DNA of 64,000 nt, from the NCBI RefSeq assembly GCF_009914755.1, contig NC_060930.1; one strand, written 5' to 3'. This document shows, piece by piece, positions 12,836 to 28,784 of this stretch. The notes beneath the pieces are model-generated. The model made no database searches. It saw nothing but the letters and a program-made list of their open reading frames with translations, and had not been told where the DNA came from. Origin of the DNA: the human T2T-CHM13v2.0 reference genome, Homo sapiens. A program made the translations under genes and the position numbers. Position 1 is the first letter of the stretch; the number at the start of each line of letters is the position of its first letter.

Positions 12836-14439
12836 AGGGGAGAGGGAACCAAGCGAAAGGGGAAAAGGTGTTAATATTTACCTCCATTATCATGAAGAGA
12901 TTATCCTGCCCTCTGGTACACTGGGACATGGTAATTGCTCAAGGGTTTAACTCTTTTTCTTAATGTGAAGTACCAGTACGAACCAGTTTTGAGGTGTTTG
13001 CATTAAAACTGCTCTGCCATTTGAAAAATCTGATCAAGAGATCCCAGCTGCTCAGCTGGTGGAAAGAACCCCGAGTTCATGAAATTATTAGGGTAATCTA
13101 AATGAAGCTTAATAGCACTTAGCACTTCAAAGCACACTGAGCACATTAACTAATTAATCGCAGCCTTACCCCTTCAAGGTACATAAATGGCTATTATCCT
13201 CACTTTACAGTTGGGATAAATGAGACCTAGGTAAGCAGGAGTAGTTGCCCTGGGTCCCGAATGAAGTCAATAGCTCCAGTAAAGGCAAAATCGGACATTT
13301 CGGAGTCGCCCGTCTTGGCTGCCTATCTGCTCTTCTTCCCACATTTTCTTTCCTTCTAGAGCTTGGCTGAAAAGCTTCACATTTGGATTTGGAGAGATTT
13401 CAAATCTTTTTCCTACATATGACTGTTTATGACATAGATACTTTAAAACCAAGGGAGTCCAAACTGATTAAAGTTATAACAAATTGGAATGCTGGAAAGT
13501 GCATGTCATCAGCCAAGGAAAGAGGTTAGTCTGATTAAATAATCAGTTTCATCTGGGTCTGTTTATGCCATCTGTTGCAAAATGTTTTCCAAATTGTGTA
13601 GTGTGCATGCAGGATCTCACAGAATAGGAATATCAAGTGTTATAACAAAAGTAATATGTTCTTACTTTTCCTAAAAAAAAAAAATGTAAATCTTTCCCAA
13701 TGTCCCTATGATATAAAACACGCATGGCAACGACATCATAACACAATACTCAGAAAATTGTAGCCGCCTTTAACCATGACATTTCCCCAAATTAATAACT
13801 GCACACTAACGACTGTGTAATAAATCTGTAAACTTTTTCAGCATTGCTACTTCTTCAGCACTAGACCTGATTGTTTCTAAAACCTCTGAGACATATAACT
13901 TCTGATAAAGGGAATAATTTTTCTGGCAAAGGAAATATTAGAACAGGAAGTGAGTCTTGAAGTTCCTGGCTTCAATCCATTAAGGTGACAGGCAAGAAAT
14001 CTGAAGGCAGAGAAATGAAGCAACAAGAACAAGGATTCTGGTCCCCTCGTTCTCAAGCCACTGCTTACACAGATAGAAGGGAAGCTGATTACCATGTGCA
14101 CGAGGCCTGTCATTTCACAGACGGTAATCTGAGGCAGAACCAGGAGCAGGACCCAGGCGTCCTGGTTCTCAGGTTGATGCTGTTTCCATTCCACTCTGCC
14201 CTGCTGGCTTTGTAATTCCTTTTCCTTTATTTGATTTAGTGAATTGTTCATTTCATTTCATGGTTTGCTTGAGTGCCTTCCCCAAAACACCACCGTAAGT
14301 AAATCATTGCAAAGTGGATAATATTTTCTCATGGGAACAATGATAAAAATCAGGGATTTATTTCTAATCAAGGAGGCAGCATCAAACAGATCCTATACAT
14401 GAGCAACACCAGTCATAAGGCAGGGATTAAGCAACCACA

Positions 14440-14800
14440 AACCTCAATGACCTCATGTGTAAAGTAGGCATAATAGAGGGATATCTCTCAAGACACTGAA
14501 GGATTAATGCAGACAACGTGGGCAAAGCACTGGGCGCAGATCCTGGCAGTTAGCAAGGGCTTGGGAAGCACCGGACTCTCTCACTCGCTGTGAGTTATGC
14601 ATTGGCACTCACATGTTTTGTTGGCTTATAATCCTCGCACGGTGTTAAAACCTAGGTGCTGTCATTATGCCCACTTTACAAATGAGGAAACAGAGGCCCG
14701 GGGATGCAAAGTACCTTGTTAGAGGCTACATAACCAGGAAGCAACCAACCAAGATGGCATTTCACCCCAGATGATTTGACTTCAGGGTCTGTGCTTTGAA
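14440..14800. mobile_element. Two MIR fragments in opposite orientations
   Basis: CCTCATGTGTAAAGTAGGCATAATAG (one orientation) and CCCACTTTACAAATGAGGAAACAGAGGC (the other). Confidence 0.65.
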
Positions 14801-15359
14801 CTCTTATTTCACACATATAGTTGACATATAATAAATACTGTTAATATTATCACTTCACTTAAATAGATGAGTTATTATCTGTATCACATAGAGTAGATGT
14901 ACTATGACCATTATTTCCCAAAGGCCTCATTTTACTATAAAGTAAGCAAAACACATGAAAATAGATGCCAATTGAGCATCAAGGTGGCCCCAAACTAATT
15001 TTCAGGAGTTTTCTGTCCAATAACTGAGAGGCGCTTTATACAATGTATGACCCATAGTATCATAACATACTACTGTACAAGAAAATTGGAGCTCATTTCC
15101 TTTTTTTTTTTCTGAATAAATTTCTTACTCAACAGGCATCATCTAAAAATACTGTGTGTGGCTGGTGCTCCATACTGGCTGCTATTGTTAAGAAGGACAT
15201 TTGAGCGGGCGTTTTGCTGGTGAAAAGCATGTGTGTGTGTTTGTTTGTTAGTTAATTGTGAAATATTGAAAGTGTATAGAAAAAGTTAGAAAATACAGTA
15301 ATGCACTCACATATACTTCCCACTCAGCATTGTCAAACCGTAACATTTGATACATTTCA

Positions 15360-15971
<612 letters not shown>

Positions 15972-15988
15972 TTAGCTGGAGAATCTAG

Positions 15989-16310
<322 letters not shown>

Positions 16311-17170
16311 CTAATTCTTGTTTGTTATTGAGATTTACATTCAGGCTAGTTCTTGGTCAATTTTAGGCAACGTCCCGTGGGGGCTTGACTAGAATGTGTG
16401 TATTCTACTAGGGGAATGCAGAATTGCCTATATACAGTTAATAGCGTCAACTTTGTTAGTTGCATAGCTAGAAACAGCATAGAAATGCGCTTGCTGTGCT
16501 CTAAAACCTTTCATTGCTAATGAATGAAGGGGATAGATTGTATAACATCACACTTAGGAGTGTGCTGTGTGCCAGATCATACACACCCCAGAAGGCCCAA
16601 ATTGTCACTGACTGTCCCTCTCTTGAGCATGGGACATCGCCAAGAAGGAATTACTCCATATCCAAATAAGCCACATGATCATAGAACTAATTTGTTCCTT
16701 TGGGTGGTTGAATTTCCTCTATAGAGATCCCAGGAGGCAACATGAATCCCTCCAGGGCTGGACTGCACAGCCTCCATTGATACCCTCCAGTGACGGGGCA
16801 CTTGGCCTCTGGTGACACGTCCCCTGGGAATGGGAACTTACTCTGTCATCTTTCAAACCACCTTAAGTGGCTCCAGAAGGGCCAGGACAAAATCCTTGAC
16901 TTTTTTTTTTTTCTGGCATTATTTGCCAATTCCTTTAACAAATATTAATCAAGCACCTGCTGTTCTAGCCCCTTGGAGTAAACAGTGAGCAAAGCTTTGA
17001 GGTGCCTTCCCTCACAGAGTTTATTATAATTTAGGGATAACTAAGTTAGTAGTTTTTCCATTTTCTCCTTGTAAGCCTGTCAAGTTTTGCTTTAAATACA
17101 TTGAGATGATGTTACTAGGGTTGAAAGAAAATAGAATTGCCTATTTTCTTATTGTTTAGTGCCTTAAAAA
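16311..17170 (-). mobile_element. Old L1M ORF2 fragments (interrupted)
   Basis: GGTCAATTTTAG...AGAATGTGTGTATTCT (16350-16460) and TTTTCTCCTTGTAAG...TTTTGCTTTAAATACATTGAG (17055-17140) resemble antisense L1M ORF2. Confidence 0.45.
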
Positions 17171-17939
17171 TTCTTAATAATGATGTTTTACCATAATGTT
17201 AAGCTTGTTATGAATATAGCTTCCCAGCTCTTCTGAATCTGCATAGTTCACCTCCACGTGCTGCAGGGCCATTGACGAGAATTCCCGGGGGAGACTTTTG
17301 TCCACTCCCAGTCCAGAAAAGGCAGAAAGGCCCAGTGTTACCATAGCTGTTTGATGGGAGGCGTTTCCTTTATGCTGCTCGCTCACTGAGACAGCAATCC
17401 CTAATGGCCCTGGTGAGAGGCAGGATTCAAGCACGGTTCTCAGCGCCCACCTCGCTTACGCTGAGCGGCTGCAAGCCCAAGCTCTACGTCCCTGGGATGC
17501 CACCCACCCACCCCCAGCCTGCCTCAGCCTATGGGCTCCTTTTTCTATTCTGATCCCGGAAGCAGCCCATACTTTTTTGCAAGCTCAGCTCCACATTTAA
17601 AAAGATGTTTGCTTCCGTCTCCCATGCTTTGTCCTGGACATGCAGTGAGTGAGAGTGAAGCTTGCGTCTTCTCTGTAGACCCAGCCATGTTGCTTCCTTC
17701 CTTTTCTCAGCTTATTTTCTCCATGGAGCTGGCCCCAAGGTGCCATGAGCCTGAGACTTAGGAGAAAGTAAAAGGCACCACTGAAGACTAAATCTAGGCT
17801 ACGTGCTGCAGCTGAGATTGGAACCTGTGCTTAGATGTGAACTTCCACATGGGTGCTTCCTTGAAGAGTTGAGCACTCATTCAGACCTTTATAAATTGCC
17901 AGATCCATTGAGTTTACCAGCCTCTCTGAGATCACAGGC

Positions 17940-18100
17940 TCAGGAATCAGATGACTGGGTTTCAAATCCTACCACTTACTAGCTAACTTGTCTGTGTCTT
18001 CAACTTCCTCATCTCTAACTAAACATAGTAATTCCTAACTTATACATTTGCTGCAAGGATGGGGCTCAATGGGCACTGGGATAGATTCTACAACACCACA
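17940..18100 (+). mobile_element. MIR
   Basis: GACTGGGTTTCAAATCCTACCACCTTACTAGCT...CTTCAACTTCCTCATCTCTAA. Confidence 0.65.
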
Positions 18101-19599
18101 TAGTGCAAACTAAGGAATGGCATTTACTGGGGAAATTTAGAAACTAGGAGTCAGGCCCCAAAGGCATAGGGGTCTCCATCTTCTCATAATCCTATGGAAA
18201 ACTGAACCAATGCAAAGACAAAGCTCTTTGCCATGCAGTGGGCTGCAGTCCTGACCTGAGTGTCCTGTCTCCTCGAAGGATGAACACGAACACCACTTTC
18301 CAGTAAGGAGACAGGGGGACCACTCGATTGCCAGGCCGTCGGGGTCTAGATGCCAGCAGAGCTGAGAAGGCATCTGAGGAAGGCCAGCTGCCTGGCACCC
18401 AGGGAACATGGGTCCTGGGGAGAGGGGCAGCTCTCCTCTTGGGGAATGTTTGCGGCTGGTCCTGTGGGAAACTGAGTTTAGGTGCACATCCTCCTTCGAG
18501 GAGGCGGGGAAACTCCAGTTCCAGCCAGCTCATTTCCTAGATCATGTAGACTGAGATCTCAGGATCATTTTTTGAATAGTTCTGCTTGTTGGCCCATGGA
18601 GAATTAAGCAAAATAAAGCACATAAAGTAGTTAGTATAGTATCTAACAAGTGCTCACTATATATTAACTGTTATTGTTTTAAAAGGATGTTTGCTAACAT
18701 TTTCCTAGCGCTTAGAGATATCTGGATTTGGAGAGGTTTCAGATTACTTATCCACAGCATTTCTGGAACCAGAGGGCTTTCCTGAGAAGCGTTTGTAAAA
18801 GCAGGAACAACTTAACTTTTCTTACCTTCAGTCTCTCTCTTCTAAGTTTAGTCAAAGCTAGACTCAGGATCAACCCTCCACATCCAAATGTCCTAGGTCA
18901 TTTGGGACCTGGTTAAAGGGGGCTTCAAATCACCTTGTCCACACTTGCTGTGGCAGGCAGAGTTTAGCAGCTTGAGGAAGCTGAGGCCTGAAGTATTTTG
19001 GTTTATCAGGTAACTCTGAACCTTGAAAACGCCAAACATGCAGATTGCCCGTGTGCATTTCATACTCCCCTGCAAAGCAGCTCCTCGCTTCACAGGAAGA
19101 GGCGGAACTTAAATCCAAATACAGTTACAGTGTTTATATCCTGGGCTGCACTAGTTAAAAAGAACCTAAGATTTATGGCTCTTTTAGATCACAGAACCAA
19201 ATCCCAATACCTCCTGTCAGATCTTCTCTCCTTCCAGAAGCAAGTATTTGGGGATTATAAAAAGTGATGTTATGGATGATGTCTCTTAAAATATCAGATC
19301 GACTTGATGGCAGGACCTGCTGTTCAAATTTCTTTAGAGACACCTCCTCGCTGCCCCGCCCTTGCCTCTCTCCCGACGAGTGCCAGCCCATGCGCACACA
19401 CGCACAGGTGTGTGCCCAACCATGTGACTTCCCTGCTACCTCCAGACTAAGCGGGCATTTCCTTTACATGTGCTGTTTTCTCTGCTATTGTCTCCTTCCA
19501 TCATCCTTTTATTTTAACATATGTTTACTAAATGCCATTGTTCTAGAAACATTGAGGCATATAAAAGTGAATAAAACCAGCAAATAAATTCCCATCCTC

Positions 19600-19987
<388 letters not shown>

Positions 19988-21019
19988 CTAGCTGCTTTAC
20001 CTATACATTATTTCTAATTTGCATAACTTCTCTGAAAGTTGAATTATCAGCCCATCTAACAGATGAAGAAGTTGAGTCTCACAAAAATTAATAAAGCCCC
20101 AAAAGTGATTCAAAGCTACATTCCAAAGTCTTTGCTCCTTTCCTGCCAAGGTGGAAATCTTTCACCTGAACCAAACAAGTGTCTTGCTGACCTGTGAAAC
20201 CCTTACCCTCCCTCCTCCACCCCTGTACCTCCCACATATCTGCACTGCAGTTCTGAGCTTCTCACCATGGTAACCTGTGGACACACCAGTCCCTCTCTGA
20301 GCTACTGAAGGTACAGACCATATTCTACTCATCGTGGTTTCATCAGTGTTTGGCACAGTACAAGATCAAATTAAAATAAGCAGATCCTGAATTGCTAAAT
20401 GAATGTTCCTTATATAGTGCTTACTCAGCTTTTAGATTTATTGCCATCTCTACTTCTGTACCATCTGCAGGGACGCCGCCCGTTGAGGTGGTAGAGATTG
20501 GCTTAAGGTTGTACAAACAGAGATTGGAAACTTCTTTCCCTGACTTGTTCTCATTTTACTGTCATATTTGCCAATAAGCACTTAAAATGCCAACTCACAC
20601 AGCTGGGTGGAATATCTTAAGGAAAGTAAATGAGACAGTGTATACATGTAAGATGATATACAATAAAAGATGATACGGAGTAATGTGAAAACAAAAGATA
20701 GTATTATTACTGTTGTTTAAGCAAGCCTCAGGCCTTTTAGCTAGCAAAGCTTCATCCAGTAACTGCTCACTTTGTCTTAAGCACTGTAGTTTTATTCTGA
20801 ATGAAAAATATATTTACATACCTCCTCTTAAAATCATAGTTCAAGTTTAATTCTCAAGATCAAGATTTATTCTGCTTAATAAAACTCATTTCTAATTTTT
20901 TTCTAACCTAATAACTGGTGTTCTAAATGCTAATCTTCTTAGAATGCACTTCTCCTCAAATCCAATGTGTCGCCTCTCCCAGTGAATCACTGGCTTAGAA
21001 ATAATGATGGCAAACCTAT

Positions 21020-21230
21020 ATTACATGCTTAATAGGTGCCAGGCACCCTTGTAAATACTTTTCAAGTGCTATCCTCTTTGAATTCCAAATTCGTAATTTA
21101 GGCACTATTATTATTCCCATTTCAAAGATTAGGAAATAAATGACAAGAGGCATAAGATGCCTAAGAGGCCACACATCCGCTAAGTGACAGGGACTCGATC
21201 TGAACCCAGGAAAGCTCATTCTGGAGCCCA
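21020..21230 (-). mobile_element. MIR
   Basis: ATTATTCCCATTTCAAAGATTAGGAAA...GGGACTCGATCTGAACCCAGG. Confidence 0.7.
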
Positions 21231-21249
21231 CATTTTTATTTTTGAATGA

Positions 21250-22080
21250 CTTTAGTTTCTTTTCAACATAGGTAACACATCACCTGGTTTAAAAAAAAAT
21301 TCTAGAAGGCATGCTGTAAGGAGTCTTGCTTCTACTCTGGTCCTGCCTGTTTTCTCTTTGCCCACTCCTGACCCCAACTCTAATACGCAGTTGACAACTT
21401 TTAGTAGTTTCTGGAATATACCTTTGGAGATTTTAATGAAAATGCAAGCACATGCAAATATATGCTTTTTGTTTCTTCTACCTTCCTTCCACAAAATGTA
21501 GTATGCTCTACACACCTTTTTTTCTCTGTTATTTATATATCTCATAGCTCTTTCCATAGCAGGATACAAATCCTTCTCATTCTTTTATGCTGCATATTCT
21601 GTCACATGACTGTGTCATGATTTAACCAGTTCAGGATTGATGGACACTTTCAGTTCTTGTCTATTCACACAGTACAGTCATGAATGATCTTGATGTTCAT
21701 CTTTTCCTATGTGTAAGTGTATCTGTTGGGTAAATTTCCAGAGGTGGTACTTCCAGGTTGAAAGATTCTTGATTTTTCAGCTTTTATGATTTCGTAACAT
21801 TCCTGGATTTCCCTTCAATTAGCACATTTTCCTGCAGATTGTGTAAACATCTATTTATTCTTATGGCCTCATCTGCAGAATGTGCTGTCACACTTTGAAT
21901 TTTTGCCCATTTTATAGGTGATAAAAGATATTCTCATTGAATTCACATTTATCTTATTATGGATGAGGTTGAACACCTTCTCATACATTTAGGGCTTGTT
22001 TATTATATTTTATAAATAAGCTATTCTACCCTTTGACAATTTTTCAATTGGTTTGTTGGTTTTTTACTTAGTGAAACTAG
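21250..22080 (-). mobile_element. Old L1M (L1MC/ME-type) 3' region
   Basis: TTGATGGACACTT, GGGTAAATTTCCAGAGGTGG, TTTGCCCATTTTATAGGTGATAAAAGATATTCTCATTG, GAGGTTGAACACCTTCTCATA. Confidence 0.75.
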
Positions 22081-22223
22081 AGATATTCTTTTAACTATTT
22101 TGCAGTAGTGATTCCCAAGAAAGAGTGAAGACATTAATAAAGGAAATTGCCATAAACACAATAGGTTATCAAAATTGTTTTAGGTACAAGTTAAAAGACT
22201 TCTCTGGTTACTTTTGACTTTAA

Positions 22224-22597
<374 letters not shown>

Positions 22598-23011
22598 GGT
22601 TATTCATTATTATAATAGACAAAACATTTAGAGATGATAATGTAAAACTCTAAATAGCTAAGATTCAGACCCCAAGAATTTCACTAACAACAGGTCATTG
22701 ATCTACTCTAAGAACCTTTCATCTGTACTCAACTGATCAGTGACCTTTTCAATAATGAGAAAATAAAAAAAATTAAAAGCCTTTTCTTCTGTCATATTTC
22801 CTGAAGTGTGTGACAATTAGTTTTAGTCTAGATCTCTCAAATACGATGCCATTTTTCTTTTTTAAAGCACTCACAGGACTCATTAACAATCAACAGATCA
22901 TCTCCTTAGAAACATAGGCTCAGGAGTTACCCATAGAAACCATCCTAACCCTTTAGAGTATTTCTATCTGCAACACCCAGATTTTAGGCAACTGGTTGTC
23001 TTGGACTGTAA

Positions 23012-23351
<340 letters not shown>

Positions 23352-23956
23352 AGGTATATCTTTACAATGTGTAAGTTTCTAACCTTTCCCCTTTTCCCTG
23401 GTCTGGGGAAAGGTAGAGGCTGGTTCCAGAGCTGATCCCAGGGCCTTTGTGAGCTCAGATATGCAGTAATGGCATAGGACCATCTGCCAGGTCAAGGTGT
23501 TTGCTGCCTCTGTGGTTATTTGGTTATAAAGAGCCAGCAAAGCCAGGAGACCTCTCTGAAAAAGATACACATAGAGCCTAATATGTGAAGTCGTTTATAT
23601 TTTGTATGAATAAACATACTTAATACACATTTACACATACATACTAAACGCAGTATGAACCAAATGCTTACAGGAGACAGGGCATGTGTATGGGCATAAG
23701 ACTTTGGAGAGAAACTCTGAAGTCCACAGAACCCTCCCATGGGTCAAGATCAAATGCCTACCAGATGCTCAGAGCCTCCAGTAAATCCAGTCAGAGCTGG
23801 ATTTGAGTAGAAGATTCCCTTTTATGCACAACTGCTGACATAAGTGGCGTGACACTTCCTTATTTATGTCTGGAGTTTACTGCCCTTTGAGTTTATTGCC
23901 TAATACAGCATGGCCACAGAATGTCTTTTTCAACGCAAAGGCCTATAATTCTATTA

Positions 23957-24196
23957 CAAGAACACCTTGGGGATATTGTGGGTTCAGTTCTAGACCATCA
24001 CAATAAAGCAAATATTGCAATAAAGCAAGTCACACAAATTTTGGTGTTTCCCAGTGCATATAAGAGTTATGTTTATGCTATACTGTAGTCCTTTAAGTGT
24101 GTAATAGCATTATGTTTAAAAACACAATAGTGTGAAAAAACCCGCAATATCTGCAAAGCACAATAAAGCGAACTGCAGTAAAATAAGGTATGCCTG
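23957..24196 (-). mobile_element. Internally deleted Tigger1 (TcMar) element with both ends
   Basis: GATATTGTGGGTTCAGTTCTAGACCATCACAATAAAG (one end) joined to GCAAAGCACAATAAAGCGAA...AGGTATGCCTG (other end); TA on both sides. Confidence 0.85.
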
Positions 24197-24543
24197 TATA
24201 TTTTTTAAATGCACTTGAGCCTTTCTAACCCCTTTGAGAATTAAGAAGCAGTTTGCACACCCTCTGCAATCTAAAATGGATCCCACATCTATGCACACAC
24301 ATGCAGGACTAGGTTCATGTATTGTATAACCCACACAGTCAAGTCCTGCAAGATTCAATAAAAACCTGTAGTCAGGTTCATTCTATTTCAGATGCAGAAA
24401 TTGTTTGTAATGAATGAAAAATGAACACTATTAGCCACGTGCTTTTATAATTCACTAGATAACATATGAAACCACTAATGTTGTCCACTAACGATGACTA
24501 CCATCATGACCAACACAACAAAACCAGAAACAGTATTTCCTCC

Positions 24544-24835
<292 letters not shown>

Positions 24836-25089
24836 ATATTTCCTCCTTTTTACATTGTACTTTCATAGCTGATTCTCCCCTTTCAACCCAAAATGCAAAC
24901 ACAGGCTTTAAGAGATTTCATTTCATTTCAGAATGAGCTGTGACCTGGAGGCCCAACCAAAGGCAGGCTTGTTGCCCAGTGCTATGGAGACAGTAGACTT
25001 GGGGATGTCCTTCCATACCATTTATCCTGATGGCCTGAAACAAAAGCACATCACCATATCCTTTTGATCACAGCATAGATGGAATACAA

Positions 25090-25640
25090 AAGATGACCTC
25101 CAAGACTCCGCCTGACCTTGCTCCACCTACCTCCCCAGCCTCTCCCACCCAACTCTCCCCAACACCTCTGGGGTCCAGACACAAGAGCCTTCCTTCAGTT
25201 CTGCAAACACACCCCACTTCTCCCACTCACAGCCACCTCAGCATCACCGCAGGATGTTGCTGAATTTACAATCGCCTCCTCCCTCTCTCTCCCCTCCCAG
25301 GAGCCTTTGCTTTGCCTAGCTAACATCCACAGGATTGCAGATGGCTTGTCACTTTCTCCAAGAATCCTTCCTTGACCCCCCGATTTCTCCTCATGGGACT
25401 TAATAACTTGGTGTCTGAATTCCCTGCTAGAATGCCAGCTCTATGAGGGCAGAGACAGACTTTGTCTTATCCCTGCCACATCCCCGGCAGCTAGCACAGA
25501 GAAGGGAGCAAATGTCCGGTGAGAGAATTATGAGTGTGACCCTGACATGGGCTGTGTCTTACTGTCTGTGCCACGCCGTCTGCCCAGTGTAAATGCTAAA
25601 GAAATGTTTGCCGAGTGAATGAATGGATGAATCAATGAGT
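25090..25640 (+). mobile_element. L2 3' region
   Basis: CTAGAATGCCAGCTCTATGAGGGCAGAGAC...AAATGTTTGCCGAGTGAATGAATGGATGAAT tail. Confidence 0.7.
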
Positions 25641-25795
25641 TGTTAAAAAAAAAAACTGTTCACATCAACACAATTTAGCATTAAAATACTCACTATAAAT
25701 CATAAATATTATTATTTTTATCATTTAAGTTCTATTCAAGTGTTTTTCCCCCACATAGTTTCTTAGAAATTTTATGGCCAAAAAAACAATTCTCA

Positions 25796-26095
<300 letters not shown>

Positions 26096-26497
26096 ACAAT
26101 TCTGGGATGCCTGAAAAATGCTCCAGCCCACAGAAAGTGAACTGGGAATCTTTTTAAGGGTAGGTATCATTTCTCCCAGGACTAGAGTCCTTTTAAGTGA
26201 CTCATAGTTCCCAAGATCTGAGAGGCTTCTCTTTTGGCCCTGTCTCATGACCCATTTCTGAACATCTGTGTTGATTTTTTCTTTCTTTTTTTAAAATCTA
26301 TTTGGCTCAGTGCTTAAGATAAATGAGAAGTTTCACATTCTACCCTAAAGGCTAATAGAATCTGGCTGTACTGGATTGCAATTCAAGAGTCCAGTGATGT
26401 GGCTTCTCCTAAGAAAATACCCTTTCTCCTAGAATCCCAGGGACCTATGAGCAAAACCTCCAGGATTCAAAGTCTGAGTTTAAAGAGAGAAATTTTT

Positions 26498-26727
26498 CAC
26501 ACACACACCATCCAAAACAATCCTACACACACCCAACAAGCACACAGCACCCAAAAGTAAACCCTCCACACACCCAACATGCACCCACACCCAATTCTCA
26601 CAAACAACCCAACACACACATGCAACACCTGCATATGCGACACACATAGAACACACACTGTACCTGCAATCCCCACCCTCACATACGCAACCCTCCACAC
26701 CCCCGGCACACACACCACACACACACC
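26498..26727. repeat. Degenerate (CA)n-rich low-complexity tract
   Basis: CACACACC/CAACAC-rich stretch of ~230 bp. Confidence 0.85.
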
Positions 26728-26918
26728 GGGGCCTGACACTCCTCAGTCCTGAGCCGAGGGTCTCCTGGAGGCCCAGCTTCTCTCTTCTTTCCCTACCCCA
26801 TTCCATCATCTCATCCAGGCCCTATTGGAGGCAATTTGCCCTTATTCTAAAAGTTATTTTAGTTTTGATTACGGAAGACTTGAAAGTAATGTCAGTTCTT
26901 AGAAAAATTCTAATGAAA

Positions 26919-27321
<403 letters not shown>

Positions 27322-27727
27322 TTATTTAGTAGTTCTTATTTTTCATACAACTGCCTCTGTTGCCCACTTTCTTCATTTTTTCTTACCAAATGGTAGAATT
27401 GCCCTTCTCACCTTCTACCGTTATGTCCTCCTATCAGGAAAGCAAACTAGTGCATTAAACCACCGTGATCACCACCACAAACCTGTGAATGGGGGAAGGA
27501 ACCCTTTTCTCCATGAGGACATGAAAGTGGAGGGAGGTTAGGCGGTGCACATTGCCCCAAATCTTCCAGTGAAGAAGGATCCCAAGAGAATGGAAAGGTG
27601 GTCTCCTTTTTTGACACCCACACTCCTCTGTCCCCACACGGCCCACTGGGCTCTGCACGACTGCTGTGTCCAAAGCATTGTCCCCTGCAGAAGTTGCGCC
27701 AGTCCTCCCTCCACCTCTTGCTGCACT

Positions 27728-27814
27728 CAGACAGGAAGGCAGTGAAGCCAGACAGGAAGGCAGTGAAGCCAGACAGGAAGGCAGTGAAGCCAGACAGGAA
27801 GGCAGTGAAGCCAG
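27728..27814. repeat. Minisatellite, 21-bp unit x4 (CAGACAGGAAGGCAGTGAAGC)
   Basis: Four identical tandem copies plus CAG. Confidence 0.97.
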
Positions 27815-27939
27815 CCACGCCAGCCTCAGAGCAGGCACTGAGGGCACTGACGCTCACCCTGGCCCTGCAGAATCTGTGGAGGAGAGGCTGTGGGTCCACC
27901 CTTGTCTTCTGCTTATCCCAGTTGTCCTACCTCATCTCT

Positions 27940-28640
27940 TCTTTTAATTTCTATTATGGAAAGTTCCTAACAGGAACAAAAGTGCAGAGAATTATATTAA
28001 AAATTCCCACGTGCCCATTGCCTGCCTTCAACAATAAACGCCTTGTAGCTAAATTTATTATTTTGCATTCCTGAGCTCACTTACTCCCGTGAATTATTTT
28101 GAAGCACATTTGGAAAATCATGTTAATCTGTAATTAAAAAAATATATAACATCAAAAGGCATGGACGACTCCCTTTTAAAAATAACCGCAATACCGTCAC
28201 CACACACAGAAAATTAAGATTTCTTTAATGTCAACACCTATGCTATCTGTGTTTGCCTTCCTCCAACAGTCTCATGAACATTTTAAGATTTGCTTGCCTG
28301 AACTGGGATCCCAACGAGGTCTACACTTTGTTCTGAACTCATGCATCCCTTAAGTGTCTCACTCTACCAGTTTACTCTACATCTCTTCCAGACTCCCTCA
28401 ATTTTCTTCTTCTTCTTGAAAAAAATATTGCTTGTCCTGTCTGAATTTTGCTGATTGCATCTTTGTGTTCTTCTATCCCTTTTATTTTCTGCAAATTGGT
28501 AGTTATATCTGGAGGGTTGCCTGAGTTCAGTTTTGGTGTCTTTGGTAAGAATCCTTCGTAGGTGGTGTTGAATGTGGACTTTCATTGGGAGGCACAGAAG
28601 GTCTGGTTGTCTCCCTTTTGGGGTGATGGTTGCCCGGAGT
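27940..28640 (-). mobile_element. Old L1M (L1MC/ME-type) 3' region
   Basis: TTTTAATTTCTATTATGGAAAGTT, GAATTATTTTGAAGCA, TTTTCTGCAAATTGGTAGTTATATCTGGAGG. Confidence 0.65.
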
Positions 28641-28670
28641 ATGGTTTACTCTTAACTCCTGTAATGTAAA

Positions 28671-28784
28671 GGGAGGGAGGAAGGAAGAAAGGAGGAAGGA
28701 AGGAAGGAAGGAGGGAAAAAAGGAAGGAAGGAAAAAAGGAAGGAAGGAAAAAAGGAAGGAAGGAAGGCAGGCAGGAAGGAAGGA
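28671..28784. repeat. Interrupted (GGAA)n microsatellite
   Basis: Runs of GGAA broken by AAAA, GGAG and GGCA. Confidence 0.9.

Noticed and set aside
27447-28074. Repetitive ORFs (KAVKPDR, GFTAFLS, ARQEGSE)
   Set aside because: Produced by the 21-bp minisatellite being open in several frames; no coding evidence.
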